A DNA stretch of 64,000 nucleotides, from positions 160,001 to 224,000 of IMG/VR virus record IMGVR_UViG_3300028048_000038. One strand, given 5' to 3'. The DNA is from a virus (taxonomy: Duplodnaviria > Caudoviricetes). A program made the translations under genes and the position numbers. This document shows positions 15,041-24,929 of the stretch, piece after piece (position 1 is the stretch's first letter; each line of letters starts with the position of its first letter). Under the pieces are notes generated by a model that saw nothing but the letters and a program-made list of their open reading frames with translations, made no database searches and was not told the DNA's origin.

Positions 15041-16333
15041 TTAACCATTTGCAAGAATCAGTGTATAATCTTTGCGTCCTTTGGTTAACAATAGATATTT
15101 ACCATTAATCAAGTTACTAGTATCAATAACGGCTTTTTCATTGGTTGCTTTCTCCTTATTGATAGAGAAACCATTAGCCTTAATCAGTTTTCTAGCCTCA
15201 GACTTTGACGGTACTTTATCATGCATTGTTGCAAGGTCTAATACTGTAAGTCCACTTGTAAACTGCTCCTTGGATACTTCGACCTTTGACACGCCATTCA
15301 TTGCAGCAAGAAGGGACTTTTCATCAATAGAGGCAAGTTGTTCTGTAGTACCCTTACCAAACAGAATCTCAGTAGCTTCTACTGCCTTGTTATACTCTTC
15401 CTCAGAGTGAACCATGCAAGTCATGTACTTTGCAAGCTCTTTCTGTAATACACGAGCTGAAGGCTGCTCACGATGTTTCTCAATTAGAGCATTAATCTCG
15501 TCTAATGGAATAAGAGTAAATAGTTTAATGAAACGTTCTGAGTCTGTATCTGACTGATTAAGCCAAAATTGATAGAACTCATATGGACTTGTCTTTTCGG
15601 CATCAAGCCAAATGTTACCCTTCTCTGACTTACCAAACTTTGTACCATCTGCCTTGGTTACAAGAGGCCAAGTAATCATACATGCATCAGTACCGCCAAC
15701 CATCTTACGGATAAGCTCAATACCAGTTGTACCGTTTCCAAATTGGTCACTACCACCAATCTGAAGTTTACAATTATATTTCTTATATAATTCTACGAAA
15801 TCGTAACCTTGGATAAGCTGATATGTAAACTCAGTGAATGACATTCCGTTACCATCACGTTCAAGACGTTTCTTGACGGAATCCTTTGCCATCATATAAT
15901 TCACGCTAATACACTTACCAACCTCACGTGCGAAATCAATAAATGAGAAGTTTTTCATCCAATCATAGTTATTAACCATAATTGCACCATTCTCATCCTT
16001 TGAATCGAAATCAAGAAGTTTGCTAACTTGTGCATGAATTCCCTTAATGTTGTGTTCTACAGTTTCAGCACTAAGGAGTTTTCTTTCTTCTGACTTAAAC
16101 GATGGGTCTCCAATAAAGGCTGTTGCACCGCCTAAAAGAACAATAGGCTTATGCCCATAGGACTGAAGCAACTTAGCAGTTGTAAAGGCAAGCAAATGCC
16201 CTAAGTGAAGACTATCAGCAGTAGGGTCAGTTCCCACATAGAATGTTGTTGGCGTTTTTAACAATTCCTCTAAGTTTCCAGAGAGACTTGCTATAAGTCC
16301 TCTCTCTTTAAGTTCTGAAAGTAATGGATTCAT
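15041..16333 (-). CDS. tyrS: Tyrosyl-tRNA synthetase (bacterial type)
   Basis: GTDPTADSLHLGH, EFTYQLIQGYD, QIGGSDQ, KFGKS, C-terminal S4-like domain. Confidence 0.97.
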   Translation of the reverse strand: MNPLLSELKERGLIASLSGNLEELLKTPTTFYVGTDPTADSLHLGHLLAFTTAKLLQSYGHKPIVLLGGATAFIGDPSFKSEERKLLSAETVEHNIKGIHAQVSKLLDFDSKDENGAIMVNNYDWMKNFSFIDFAREVGKCISVNYMMAKDSVKKRLERDGNGMSFTEFTYQLIQGYDFVELYKKYNCKLQIGGSDQFGNGTTGIELIRKMVGGTDACMITWPLVTKADGTKFGKSEKGNIWLDAEKTSPYEFYQFWLNQSDTDSERFIKLFTLIPLDEINALIEKHREQPSARVLQKELAKYMTCMVHSEEEYNKAVEATEILFGKGTTEQLASIDEKSLLAAMNGVSKVEVSKEQFTSGLTVLDLATMHDKVPSKSEARKLIKANGFSINKEKATNEKAVIDTSNLINGKYLLLTKGRKDYTLILANG

Positions 16334-16348
16334 CTTTATTTTATAATT

Positions 16349-16516
16349 TTAAATTGATTCACTGAATACAAGCAGTCTCTTTTTACTGAGCACAGCATTA
16401 GTTATCTCCATCATTTGAATTTTACTGATGGAGTTTTTCTTATATGAATTCTCAGTAAACTTGGATTTCTTACCCTTATTTTTCTTTTTCTTCTTTTTAA
16501 AGTAATTAAAGAACAT
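16349..16516 (-). CDS. 55-aa Lys-rich small protein
   Basis: MFFNYFKKKKKKNKGKKSKFTENSYKKNSISKIQMMEITNAVLSKKRLLVFSESI; fills the gap between the promoter and tyrS. Confidence 0.5.
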   Translation of the reverse strand: MFFNYFKKKKKKNKGKKSKFTENSYKKNSISKIQMMEITNAVLSKKRLLVFSESI

Positions 16517-16535
16517 ATATACACTATTTTACTTT

Positions 16536-16568
16536 TGCAAAGATATGAAAAAAAAATCAATAAACAAA
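16536..16568 (-). promoter_or_regulatory. Bacteroidota sigma-A-type promoter
   Basis: TTTG-N19-TATCTTTGCA. Confidence 0.75.
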
Positions 16569-16642
16569 ATCATTTAACGTTATTTAATAAAAATGACCAT
16601 CAACTCTCGTCAATGGTCATTTTATATATAAGTAGGAACTCA

Positions 16643-18316
16643 TTAAATATTAATGTAGTTCAAAATCTCTTGGCTAAGAGCCTTTTCAACTAGCTCTTCG
16701 GCAGTCATCTGACGCACCTCACCTGTTTTCTCGTCAATCACTTTAGTATCTCCCATCAGCATTGTGATGATTGAAGGGTCAAAGCCAGAAAGGAATGTAC
16801 ATCCTGGTTCTATCGACTTACCCTCAAAGTGAGTAACACCATGCCTTGAAGCTACATCCCACCAAATGAATTTCATGTTATTCACGAACTCCTCTGGGAA
16901 CACTGTCTTCAATGACCTTACTGAGTACTCATAGTTGGTTGGCTCAGTACGTCTTGAGTACCATCCTCCAGTTGGGTTAAACTCCATATCACTTACAACC
17001 AATATACTTGTACAATACTGCTCAAGTGGAATCTCAGGGTGTTCCTTTCTAATCTTAATAATCTCGTCAACCGCAGATTGGAAGTTAGTACCACCGCAAC
17101 CCACGCTTGGAAGATTCATTATTCTATCGCAGAATGAATCACCCTTCATGTCATAAGGTGTTGACACATTATCGAACATGATGACCTTGTTATGGAATGG
17201 ACCAGTGTTAAGGTCAGCAAAGAACAGTGCAAGAGAACTTGCAACATCTGAACAGTAAATATCCTTTAAGCCAGTAACTGGCTGGTTCATACTTCCACTA
17301 GTATCAAGGCAACACCATACATTCTCAGTAATTCTACCGCCATCACGTGCCTTGTCTACAAGACCCTTAAACTGTGCATCAAGGGTGTGCTTAACCTCTA
17401 GAGGAATTGTCATAGAACCTCTACGATATCCACGTGAACCACGTGCCTCACGAAGACGTTTTGCAAGCTCGAAGACATAACCAGTGAATTTTGCTACTGG
17501 CTGCTGCATAATCCACTCTGTGTAGTTATCCTTCAAACCGTGATTTGAAAGGAACTTACTTGTTACAAGGAGGTTAAGAGCACGACCTGGAATGTGATTC
17601 CAATTCAAATCCTTATAGTTACGAGAACAAATCAACTTTTGGAAGTCGTGTGCTCTACCGCTTGACTTCATCTTATTGTACTCCTTATAGGTAATACCCA
17701 TCTGATTAGCAAATGCCTTTGCCAAATCATTAGTGATGGTAGTCCACTCAGTTTTGCACTTGCTCTGTGACTTGATACGAGGCATATACTTCTTAATCAA
17801 GTCAACATGTGTGTCACAAAGCAAACCTTGTGCAATAACCTCAAAGAGTGCCTTTTGATTTAAGCACTTGATGTTATCCTTGATGTCGTAGTACATGAGT
17901 GTCCACAAGTCCTTCCAAGAACCAACAAGAGGCAATGCCCAAATGTTCTTGTAGAATGCGTCCTTTTGCTCTTGAGCAATCCAAAGCAAACGCTTGAATG
18001 ACTCGTCACGAGCACCTTGACCATTCTGAACCTTATCAGTCTCATTATCGGCATTCACCTTAACCTTGCGTGTAACCATACGAAGGTAGAATGGGAAACG
18101 AAGAGCTGCACTTGGATTCTCAGCCCAAATTGTAGCTTGGTCAGCAAATACTTCTGCTAGTGTACGTCCTCTGAAGTTACCAGCCTTACCGAATTGGTCA
18201 ACAATGGCACTACCGCTAGAAATAAGAGTTTTTGCCCCGTTTTCGGTAGTTGTAAAACTCTCGAATCCCACTGCATCAATAAATGCGTTTGTCTTTGTTG
18301 CTGTTTTTGTATTCAT
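16643..18316 (-). CDS. DUF2828-like protein: helical N-domain plus C-terminal VWA (TROVE/Ro60-like architecture)
   Basis: TTTENGA, GQGARD, GSWKDL, MIDAS DTSGSM, GGTNF, VSDMEF, IWWDV, LSGFDP. Confidence 0.8.
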   Translation of the reverse strand: MNTKTATKTNAFIDAVGFESFTTTENGAKTLISSGSAIVDQFGKAGNFRGRTLAEVFADQATIWAENPSAALRFPFYLRMVTRKVKVNADNETDKVQNGQGARDESFKRLLWIAQEQKDAFYKNIWALPLVGSWKDLWTLMYYDIKDNIKCLNQKALFEVIAQGLLCDTHVDLIKKYMPRIKSQSKCKTEWTTITNDLAKAFANQMGITYKEYNKMKSSGRAHDFQKLICSRNYKDLNWNHIPGRALNLLVTSKFLSNHGLKDNYTEWIMQQPVAKFTGYVFELAKRLREARGSRGYRRGSMTIPLEVKHTLDAQFKGLVDKARDGGRITENVWCCLDTSGSMNQPVTGLKDIYCSDVASSLALFFADLNTGPFHNKVIMFDNVSTPYDMKGDSFCDRIMNLPSVGCGGTNFQSAVDEIIKIRKEHPEIPLEQYCTSILVVSDMEFNPTGGWYSRRTEPTNYEYSVRSLKTVFPEEFVNNMKFIWWDVASRHGVTHFEGKSIEPGCTFLSGFDPSIITMLMGDTKVIDEKTGEVRQMTAEELVEKALSQEILNYINI

Positions 18317-18341
18317 TTTTTTTTTCCGATTTTGTTACTTA

Positions 18342-18375
18342 TGCAAAGATATGAAAAATAATTGGAATAACCAAA
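18342..18375 (-). promoter_or_regulatory. Bacteroidota sigma-A-type promoter
   Basis: TTTG-N20-TATCTTTGCA. Confidence 0.8.
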
Positions 18376-18432
18376 TATTTTAAGACTTTTTTTCAATAAA
18401 AATGTATTTATAGTAAGAAATTAACATATATT

Positions 18433-18882
18433 ATGGATAGTAAGAGAATAAATGCAATTATAAAAGAAGAAATTGAGAAAGTAATCAACGAGGACTTTAT
18501 GGGCGAAAAGAGTAATCACGTTAAAGACCTTGTTCAGAAATACTTTGGTCATACCAAACATCATAATAAAAAGCATCATGATGAAGCGCCTAAAAAGAAG
18601 CTACGTAAGAAAGCTGGCGGTGGTAAGGAGTATTATGATTATGATGACTATGAGAGAAAGAATAAGAAAATATCAAACGGTGATGCAAACTCAATTCGTA
18701 CAACAATTGATACTGAGAAAACCAATATGGCAGCAGTGGCAAGAGAATTGTTTCCAGACCATACAGAGGAAGGTGCTCAATCTCAATTCAGAAAGATTGT
18801 TAATGGTGAGAGGCCAATGACAAAGAATATTGCGTCTAAGGTTGAAAAGATGATTTCAGCAGGACAAATTGCTGTTAAATAA
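18433..18882 (+). CDS. Hypothetical basic protein, possible C-terminal HTH
   Basis: 149 aa; NMAAVARELF..QSQFRKIVNGERPMT; TATTTATA at 18405-18412. Confidence 0.7.
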   Translation: MDSKRINAIIKEEIEKVINEDFMGEKSNHVKDLVQKYFGHTKHHNKKHHDEAPKKKLRKKAGGGKEYYDYDDYERKNKKISNGDANSIRTTIDTEKTNMAAVARELFPDHTEEGAQSQFRKIVNGERPMTKNIASKVEKMISAGQIAVK

Positions 18883-18888
18883 GACATA

Positions 18889-18917
18889 AATGGGTGTTAC
18901 AAAATGTAACACCCATT
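18889..18917. terminator. Bidirectional terminator between convergent genes
   Basis: Perfect 13-bp inverted repeat aatgggtgttaca-aaa-tgtaacacccatt. Confidence 0.85.
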
Positions 18918-18923
18918 ATTTGT

Positions 18924-19829
18924 TTAATTAAGCTTTTTCATTTCTTTAATGTACTCAATCTTGATTTCTTCCATAGCTGCAAGTTCAAGCTGTCTTACAC
19001 GCTCTGAGGTCAAGCCAAGAATCTGCCCGATTTCCTCACGTTCATATTCATGTCTGAGTCCATTATCCTCTTCATACATTCCAAAACGCATCTTGATAAT
19101 CTGTTGTTTACGTGGTGAGAGTTTGCCAAGTAATGAAGATACTAGCTTTCTATTAAATTCATTTGTTTCTTCCTCTTCATAGTCATTATATGAAGCGCTC
19201 ACTCGGTTATATGCTGCCATATCACCATAGTTTGGGCTTTCATCTTCATCGCTTGAAGATTCATCCACGTAACTGACTTTCAAATCTAAGATGTCGTTTT
19301 TGTCCCTAATGTCCTTTCCGTACTTTGTTGTTACAATATCAAACAACTCATCTGGACTTGGTGTCCTCTCATTACTCTGTAGGAAGTCGTTTGTAGCTTT
19401 GGAAATTACGTGGAACGTCTTAGAGAAGTTTGGTCGTTTAACAACTTGCAAATCTCCACAGATATACTTGTTAATTGCACGTTTAATAAACCACATCGCA
19501 TAGGTTGAGAACTTAACGTCCTTGGATATGTCAAATCTCTCAATAGCCTCAAGAAGTCCAAAGTTAGCCTCATTAACATAATCCATATAGGAATCAGTCT
19601 TTGCCCATTTCTTAGCTGCTGCCAACACTAATCTTTGGTTGCATAACATGAGATAATCCCTTGCCATGTCACTCTCCTTCTTATTACCATATTTGTATCT
19701 TTTGAACCATTCTACAGCCTCTTCCTTTGTCAATGTCGGATAGTCCTTAACATCCTTAAGAAATCTAATTGTATTCTCAGTGCGGTCTACAAGTCCTGTG
19801 TCAGCTTTAAGATTAATTACGTAACCCAT
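18924..19829 (-). CDS. RNA polymerase sigma-70 family factor (RpoD/RpoH-like)
   Basis: NQRLV..AKK, EANFGLLEAIERFD, KFSTYAMWFIK, EEIGQILGLTSERVRQLE. Confidence 0.92.
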   Translation of the reverse strand: MGYVINLKADTGLVDRTENTIRFLKDVKDYPTLTKEEAVEWFKRYKYGNKKESDMARDYLMLCNQRLVLAAAKKWAKTDSYMDYVNEANFGLLEAIERFDISKDVKFSTYAMWFIKRAINKYICGDLQVVKRPNFSKTFHVISKATNDFLQSNERTPSPDELFDIVTTKYGKDIRDKNDILDLKVSYVDESSSDEDESPNYGDMAAYNRVSASYNDYEEEETNEFNRKLVSSLLGKLSPRKQQIIKMRFGMYEEDNGLRHEYEREEIGQILGLTSERVRQLELAAMEEIKIEYIKEMKKLN

Positions 19830-19833
19830 CTAA

Positions 19834-20373
19834 TTATTGTTTAATGTTATTTTTTCTTTTTAATGTCACTACTGTTTTATTGCCTTCATCACGCAATGCA
19901 GACTCTGGCACTGCCACATCCTCCAATAGAACAACGAATTCAAGAATAGATTTCTTATTTTCCTCTCTCCTAGATAATTCACGTCCCTTCATTGAAAGTG
20001 TTACTCTAACACGACTCCCGTCTTCAAGAAACTTACGAGCATTATTAGCCTTAGTTTCGAGGTCGTGTTTTGCAATATTCACGCTAAGTTGAATCTCCTT
20101 GAGAGGCTTTGCTGCTTGTTTATTCTTTTTTGCAGATTTCTTAAGTTCATACAGCATTTTCTCATAGTTACAGATTCTAATGATTGGAATCTCAAGATTA
20201 CCTTGAATCTCAACCAAATCTAGTTCCATATCATCAGCAATCTCCCTTGCTTCTGACATTGAGACAACTCTACTTTCAATGTCATTACCTACGATTCTCA
20301 CATTGCCCTTGAATCGTATTTCATCGTTCACACGGAACTTTGAAGAAAAATCATTCTTCTTCTGTTTTGCCAT
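19834..20373 (-). CDS. infC: Translation initiation factor IF-3
   Basis: RVNDEIR, LDLVEI, KEIQLSVNIAKHDLETK, KFLEDG, KGRE. Confidence 0.95.
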   Translation of the reverse strand: MAKQKKNDFSSKFRVNDEIRFKGNVRIVGNDIESRVVSMSEAREIADDMELDLVEIQGNLEIPIIRICNYEKMLYELKKSAKKNKQAAKPLKEIQLSVNIAKHDLETKANNARKFLEDGSRVRVTLSMKGRELSRREENKKSILEFVVLLEDVAVPESALRDEGNKTVVTLKRKNNIKQ

Positions 20374-20596
20374 TCTTTTCTTTTAAAGTTTTTATTTCTT
20401 GTTCTAATTTCATTAATCTCTTTTCTTCATCCTCAAGTTCTCTCTTATGCATATCGAAAACTATCTTGCTAACCTCATACCTTCTTTCAAGTTCATCTAA
20501 TGTTGGGGGCGTTTTCGCACGTTCTTCTGCCTTGCGATTATTCTCTTCCATCATTGTGATAAACCTTTCAGCATATTTGCCTTTTAAGGTGGGCAT
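20351..20596 (-). CDS. Hypothetical coiled-coil protein (81 aa, MPTLKGKY...)
   Basis: Start reassigned to ATG 20596, downstream of promoter 20645-20677. Confidence 0.6.
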   Translation of the reverse strand: MPTLKGKYAERFITMMEENNRKAEERAKTPPTLDELERRYEVSKIVFDMHKRELEDEEKRLMKLEQEIKTLKEKNGKTEEE

Positions 20597-20644
20597 TGGT
20601 TTTGTGAAGTCAGTATATGCCAATGCCGTAGGCTCAGATTGTGA

Positions 20645-20677
20645 TGCAAAGATACGAAATTTTTTTGGTTTAGCAAA
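20645..20677 (-). promoter_or_regulatory. Bacteroidota sigma-A-type promoter
   Basis: TTTG-N19-TATCTTTGCA. Confidence 0.75.
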
Positions 20678-20687
20678 ACCTTTTATC

Positions 20688-21596
20688 TTAAATTTTGTTA
20701 ATCGGTGTATTATTTCTATTGAGCCAAAACATTTCATCAATCCATCTATTTTTAAGAGCAGCATTATATGCGCTTTTATTACCGTTTTTAAAACTTCCTC
20801 TACTGTTATATTTCTTCGATTCCTCAATCACTGCGTTTTTATTCCATTTTAACTTAGGGGCAAGCCAAGACATTTCATCAAGCCATCCATTATCTAATGC
20901 AACACGATATGCACCAGGACTACCAACTTTAAATGGTTTTCTATGAGAGTATTTTTTAGACTCTTCAAATACCAATTCTTTTGTCCATTTTTTATAATGA
21001 CCAACTATCTTTAACCAAGGCATTTCGTCTAACCATCTATTCTTCAGCGCAACATTATATGCACTATTACTACCAACTTCAAAGTTTCTTCTAGTTTGAT
21101 ATTTTTTAGCCTCTTCAAATGTTGCTTCTTTTGTCCATTTGATATATATTGGTCTTTTAAACCAAGTCATTTCTTTTAACCATCCATTAAGTCGTGCCGT
21201 TGAATATGCACTATTATTGTTATATTTAAATTGACTTAAAGAATTATATTTTTTGGCTTCTTCAAATACATTATCTTTTGTCCATTTTATAGCGCCACTA
21301 GAGCCGCCTACTTCTCCACCTTTTGTTTTATTTAAGACATTATAAGTACTATGTTCTCTATACTCATTTATCCAATATTTTTCTCGTTCAACACCTTCTT
21401 CAACAGATAAATCACTCTCAATAATAATCATCTTAGGGTGTTTAACTCCATGCTCACTACTGAATTTATATGTAGATTCAGTTTCCCTTGTTCTATGTGC
21501 TTGATGTCTTGATTTTGGATTTACTGTCCTACCTATATATATAGTGTTAAACCCTTCCCACAAATAAATGTAAATATTATCTCTTTTTCCGTTCAT
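20688..21596 (-). CDS. GIY-YIG homing-endonuclease-like protein with four ~48-aa repeats
   Basis: YIY..IYIGRT..R...H..E..N; repeats KWTKE..FEEAKKY..AY..A..N.WL.EM.W. Confidence 0.8.
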   Translation of the reverse strand: MNGKRDNIYIYLWEGFNTIYIGRTVNPKSRHQAHRTRETESTYKFSSEHGVKHPKMIIIESDLSVEEGVEREKYWINEYREHSTYNVLNKTKGGEVGGSSGAIKWTKDNVFEEAKKYNSLSQFKYNNNSAYSTARLNGWLKEMTWFKRPIYIKWTKEATFEEAKKYQTRRNFEVGSNSAYNVALKNRWLDEMPWLKIVGHYKKWTKELVFEESKKYSHRKPFKVGSPGAYRVALDNGWLDEMSWLAPKLKWNKNAVIEESKKYNSRGSFKNGNKSAYNAALKNRWIDEMFWLNRNNTPINKI

Positions 21597-21646
21597 AATA
21601 ATACTATTTTAATATAAATATTATCGTAAACGGAAAAGTATACTTT

Positions 21647-22012
21647 TTATGGGCAAATTTCCCAAATCATATCACTATCACGGCACTTATAATGCCCACT
21701 CTGAACCCCTTCCAACACTCTTTGATGCAAAAGTGTTTCAATCAAGTAAAGGTTGTCAGATACATAATGGTATGTGTCAAGCATGTATTTCTCAACATCA
21801 TCTGGATATGCACTCCCATCTGCGTCCTCACTTGTGTTTTTAATTGCTTTATCCCTCAATCCTAGAATCATAGCCACATCATCCAAGATATGTGTCTGCA
21901 TTGTCAACATTACCTTTTTATTAATGGTAAGCACGTCATCGTCTTTGTCCTCGATGTTCAAGAATCTGACCAACTTCAAGTGGTCTTCTGTTAAGTTCAA
22001 ATGTAATATCAT
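21647..22012 (-). CDS. Hypothetical protein
   Basis: 121-aa ORF. Confidence 0.7.
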   Translation of the reverse strand: MILHLNLTEDHLKLVRFLNIEDKDDDVLTINKKVMLTMQTHILDDVAMILGLRDKAIKNTSEDADGSAYPDDVEKYMLDTYHYVSDNLYLIETLLHQRVLEGVQSGHYKCRDSDMIWEICP

Positions 22013-22037
22013 AATTTATTTTTTCTGTTTTTTGTCT

Positions 22038-22643
22038 TTAGTATCTTCTATGCCCATTCTTCTTAAATCTTTCCTCTGCTTTCCTTTTTCGTTCTGAAAC
22101 CATTTGATAATAAGCCTTTCTATCGACTTTTTTTACAGCAAGCTCATTATCCCTCACCTCTTTCATTTCTTCAGCTCTAGACTTCTGGAAATAGTCATAC
22201 ACCGTAACATTTACATCTGTTAATGTTCTCTCGAATATCTCCATTATCCTATCCCTATCACCATTACCATCAAATCTACTTGCGCCAAGCAATGTTGTGG
22301 CAATATTTTTCCCCTTATACATAATATTAACTAATGAAAGACATTTTTCAAGACTTTCATAGGATAAATAATCTTTTCTAATATCAGGTCTGAAGTTTCC
22401 CTCATAAATGAAACAAAGACAAAATCTTGGTTCATCTTCATGTTCGCATTCAAGGATTGTTCCAAGCTTCTCAGGGTCACCGTACTTTGTCTCCAAATTC
22501 TTATTATAAGCATAGGGATATTCTAACATGACTTTAAGCTGTATTCCTTGGGTCATGGCACAATAAGTTCCAGTCCCAATTAATACAGCTTCATATTCAT
22601 TCACATGCTCAAATAAATCAACATCCTTTATTATGTTAATCAT
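22038..22643 (-). CDS. Macro-domain-like protein
   Basis: IIKDVDLF, CAMTQGI, LGTIL, YESLEKCL, LGASRFDGNGD resemble TARG1/Poa1-like macrodomains. Confidence 0.6.
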   Translation of the reverse strand: MINIIKDVDLFEHVNEYEAVLIGTGTYCAMTQGIQLKVMLEYPYAYNKNLETKYGDPEKLGTILECEHEDEPRFCLCFIYEGNFRPDIRKDYLSYESLEKCLSLVNIMYKGKNIATTLLGASRFDGNGDRDRIMEIFERTLTDVNVTVYDYFQKSRAEEMKEVRDNELAVKKVDRKAYYQMVSERKRKAEERFKKNGHRRY

Positions 22644-23689
22644 TTAAAACCGCTAATTCTAACCTTATTTCTACTAGTTTCTATAATGCAAGGAGTAGGA
22701 TTACAAGTGCTTCCCTCACTTGGTGTGCCTTCGTCTGCCTCGCAATCATTAGATTCTGTGGCTCCAGAGTTGAAACCAATCCTCTTGGCTGCGTCTTCAG
22801 TAACCTTAACCTTTCCATCCTTTTTGATTAATTCCTCAAGTCTCTCAAATAACTGAACTTCAGAGAACCCATCCACATAAATGCCTTGAATAACCTCTTT
22901 CAAGAAATCAAAGGTATATCCCTCTGTCTTCTTAACATATCTTTCAATGTCATTCTTAACTTTCTCATCACTCACATCAATGCCACTGTCAGATAACTTG
23001 TTGATGATATATGCCCTTCTAACTTCGGCATTAGGTTTCTTATACTCAATAACAAGATTAAACCTACTTGGTCTGCAAGTGAACCTCTTCTCAAGAATCT
23101 CTGGATAATTTGTCGTTGCAATCGTCACAACATTATCAAATTGCCCATTACCATCCAATAACTGCAATAGCATTGCTGAATAATAATCATCCCTTGCTAA
23201 ACGCTCAAAGTCCTCGATAAGAGTTATTACCTTACGATTAGGTTCAATACTTCTAAGTCTCTCCATGCAGCCACTATAACTGTTTAGTTCATCTGTACTA
23301 TCAATACAAATAACTACACCATTATAGTCATCAATGAGAGTTTTACAGATGATGTTAATGAGAGAGGTTTTACCATTTCCTGGGAGTGAATACAACAGTA
23401 TGTTCCTTTTATATACTTGCCCAAACTGTCTATAACGTTCCTCTGACTCCCAAAATCGCTGAATGTCATCCAAGATGCTTATCTGAATTTCATTGGGTAA
23501 CACATACAACTTTGGCATTACAATCTCCTTACTAGTGAAGAAATATCTACCATTGTACCTATCCCATATAGGTTTGTAGAAACCACTAGGTAATACCTCC
23601 TTTGTAACACCTATTGGCTCATACATGTTGCCGTTTTTCTCGTAACGTGTGTAATTTCTCTCTTTGGTTTCCTTTTCTTGTTTTGCCAT
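22640..23689 (-). CDS. AAA+ ATPase
   Basis: Walker A LPGNGKT, Walker B LIEDFE, ATTNYPE, RPSRF. Confidence 0.9.
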   Translation of the reverse strand: MAKQEKETKERNYTRYEKNGNMYEPIGVTKEVLPSGFYKPIWDRYNGRYFFTSKEIVMPKLYVLPNEIQISILDDIQRFWESEERYRQFGQVYKRNILLYSLPGNGKTSLINIICKTLIDDYNGVVICIDSTDELNSYSGCMERLRSIEPNRKVITLIEDFERLARDDYYSAMLLQLLDGNGQFDNVVTIATTNYPEILEKRFTCRPSRFNLVIEYKKPNAEVRRAYIINKLSDSGIDVSDEKVKNDIERYVKKTEGYTFDFLKEVIQGIYVDGFSEVQLFERLEELIKKDGKVKVTEDAAKRIGFNSGATESNDCEADEGTPSEGSTCNPTPCIIETSRNKVRISGFK

Positions 23690-23704
23690 AAAAAATTAAT
23701 AAGT

Positions 23705-24787
23705 TTATTTGAAATGTTCTTGTTTCTTCAATTCATCTATAAGTCTCTTTTCATCGTTGTTAAGTGTCTTAGGTACTGTAACGCTTACAATACCTATCAT
23801 ATTTCCTGGCGAACCAATCGTATTGCCGTATCTAGGCAAACCATATCCTTTAAATCTCAACTCACTGCCACTGCTAGTTCCTTGTGGAATCTTAACCTTA
23901 ATGGTCTTACCATCCAAAGTCTTGATTTCCTTTGTACAACCAAGAATGGCTTCCACAACATTGATGTTAAGGTCAAATACAAGGTCCCTACCTTGTTTTT
24001 CGAATGTATCATGTTCCTTTATCTCAATGGTTACTAATAAACTGCCATTCGTACCCTTACCATGTGGTGAAGCATTTCCAAGTCCTGCGTATTCAATGGT
24101 CATTCCATCTTCCACACCTCTTGGAATGTTGAATGAAATTTGTGAAGTAGCATTTTGAACCACGCCATGACCATTACAATGTTTACATGGATTTTCAATT
24201 ATATACCCACTACCGCCACAAGTGGGGCACTTTTGCTTCATCATGAATCCAGTGGAATCAAATGTCATTCCAGTACCACCACAAGTTTTACAAGTCTTTC
24301 TGCGAGATTCGGCAGTCATGCCAGTACCATTACAATGTTTACATGGTTCAAATCTCTTAATCTTAATAGTCTTGTTACACCCACTCATTACCTCTTCAAG
24401 AGTGAGCTTCATGTTAATCTTGATATTGCCACCCTTGATTGGTTTCTCTTGCTGTTGATTGAATCCAAAGTCGAAATCTGCAAATGGGTTGCCATGCATA
24501 TGAAAATGCCTAAATATTTCATCCATATTCATATGGGCATAATCCGCACCGCCACTATGAAATTCAAACTTGCTCTTAGGACTATCGTATTCCTTGCGCT
24601 TTGCTTCATCCCCTAGTACTTCATAAGCTTCGGCAATCTCCTTAAACTTAGCTTCTGCCTCCTTAGAGCCGTTATTACGGTCTGGATGCCACTTTACACT
24701 AAGCTTACGGAAAGCTTTCTTAATTTCATCTTGAGAAGCACTTTTATCAACACCAAGAATCTTATAATAATCCTTTGTATCAGCCAT
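23705..24787 (-). CDS. dnaJ: Chaperone DnaJ
   Basis: J domain with HPD, four CxxCxGxG motifs, C-terminal domain. Confidence 0.97.
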   Translation of the reverse strand: MADTKDYYKILGVDKSASQDEIKKAFRKLSVKWHPDRNNGSKEAEAKFKEIAEAYEVLGDEAKRKEYDSPKSKFEFHSGGADYAHMNMDEIFRHFHMHGNPFADFDFGFNQQQEKPIKGGNIKINMKLTLEEVMSGCNKTIKIKRFEPCKHCNGTGMTAESRRKTCKTCGGTGMTFDSTGFMMKQKCPTCGGSGYIIENPCKHCNGHGVVQNATSQISFNIPRGVEDGMTIEYAGLGNASPHGKGTNGSLLVTIEIKEHDTFEKQGRDLVFDLNINVVEAILGCTKEIKTLDGKTIKVKIPQGTSSGSELRFKGYGLPRYGNTIGSPGNMIGIVSVTVPKTLNNDEKRLIDELKKQEHFK

Positions 24788-24815
24788 TATTCTTATCTTA
24801 AGTTATAAACCTTTT

Positions 24816-24849
24816 TGCAAAGATATATATATTATTTCTAATTTCCAAA
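24816..24849 (-). promoter_or_regulatory. Bacteroidota sigma-A-type promoter
   Basis: TTTG-N20-TATCTTTGCA. Confidence 0.8.
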
Positions 24850-24929
24850 TAAAATGCTAAAAATCTGAGAGACTTGTTGGGAAAGCCCCTCAGATTTGCA
24901 CAGATTTATCTTCAACCTTGCCAAGTCAT

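Noticed and set aside
20597-20827. N-terminal extension of ORF 20351-20827
   Set aside because: It overlaps the GIY-YIG gene and runs across a promoter; ATG 20596 is the better start.
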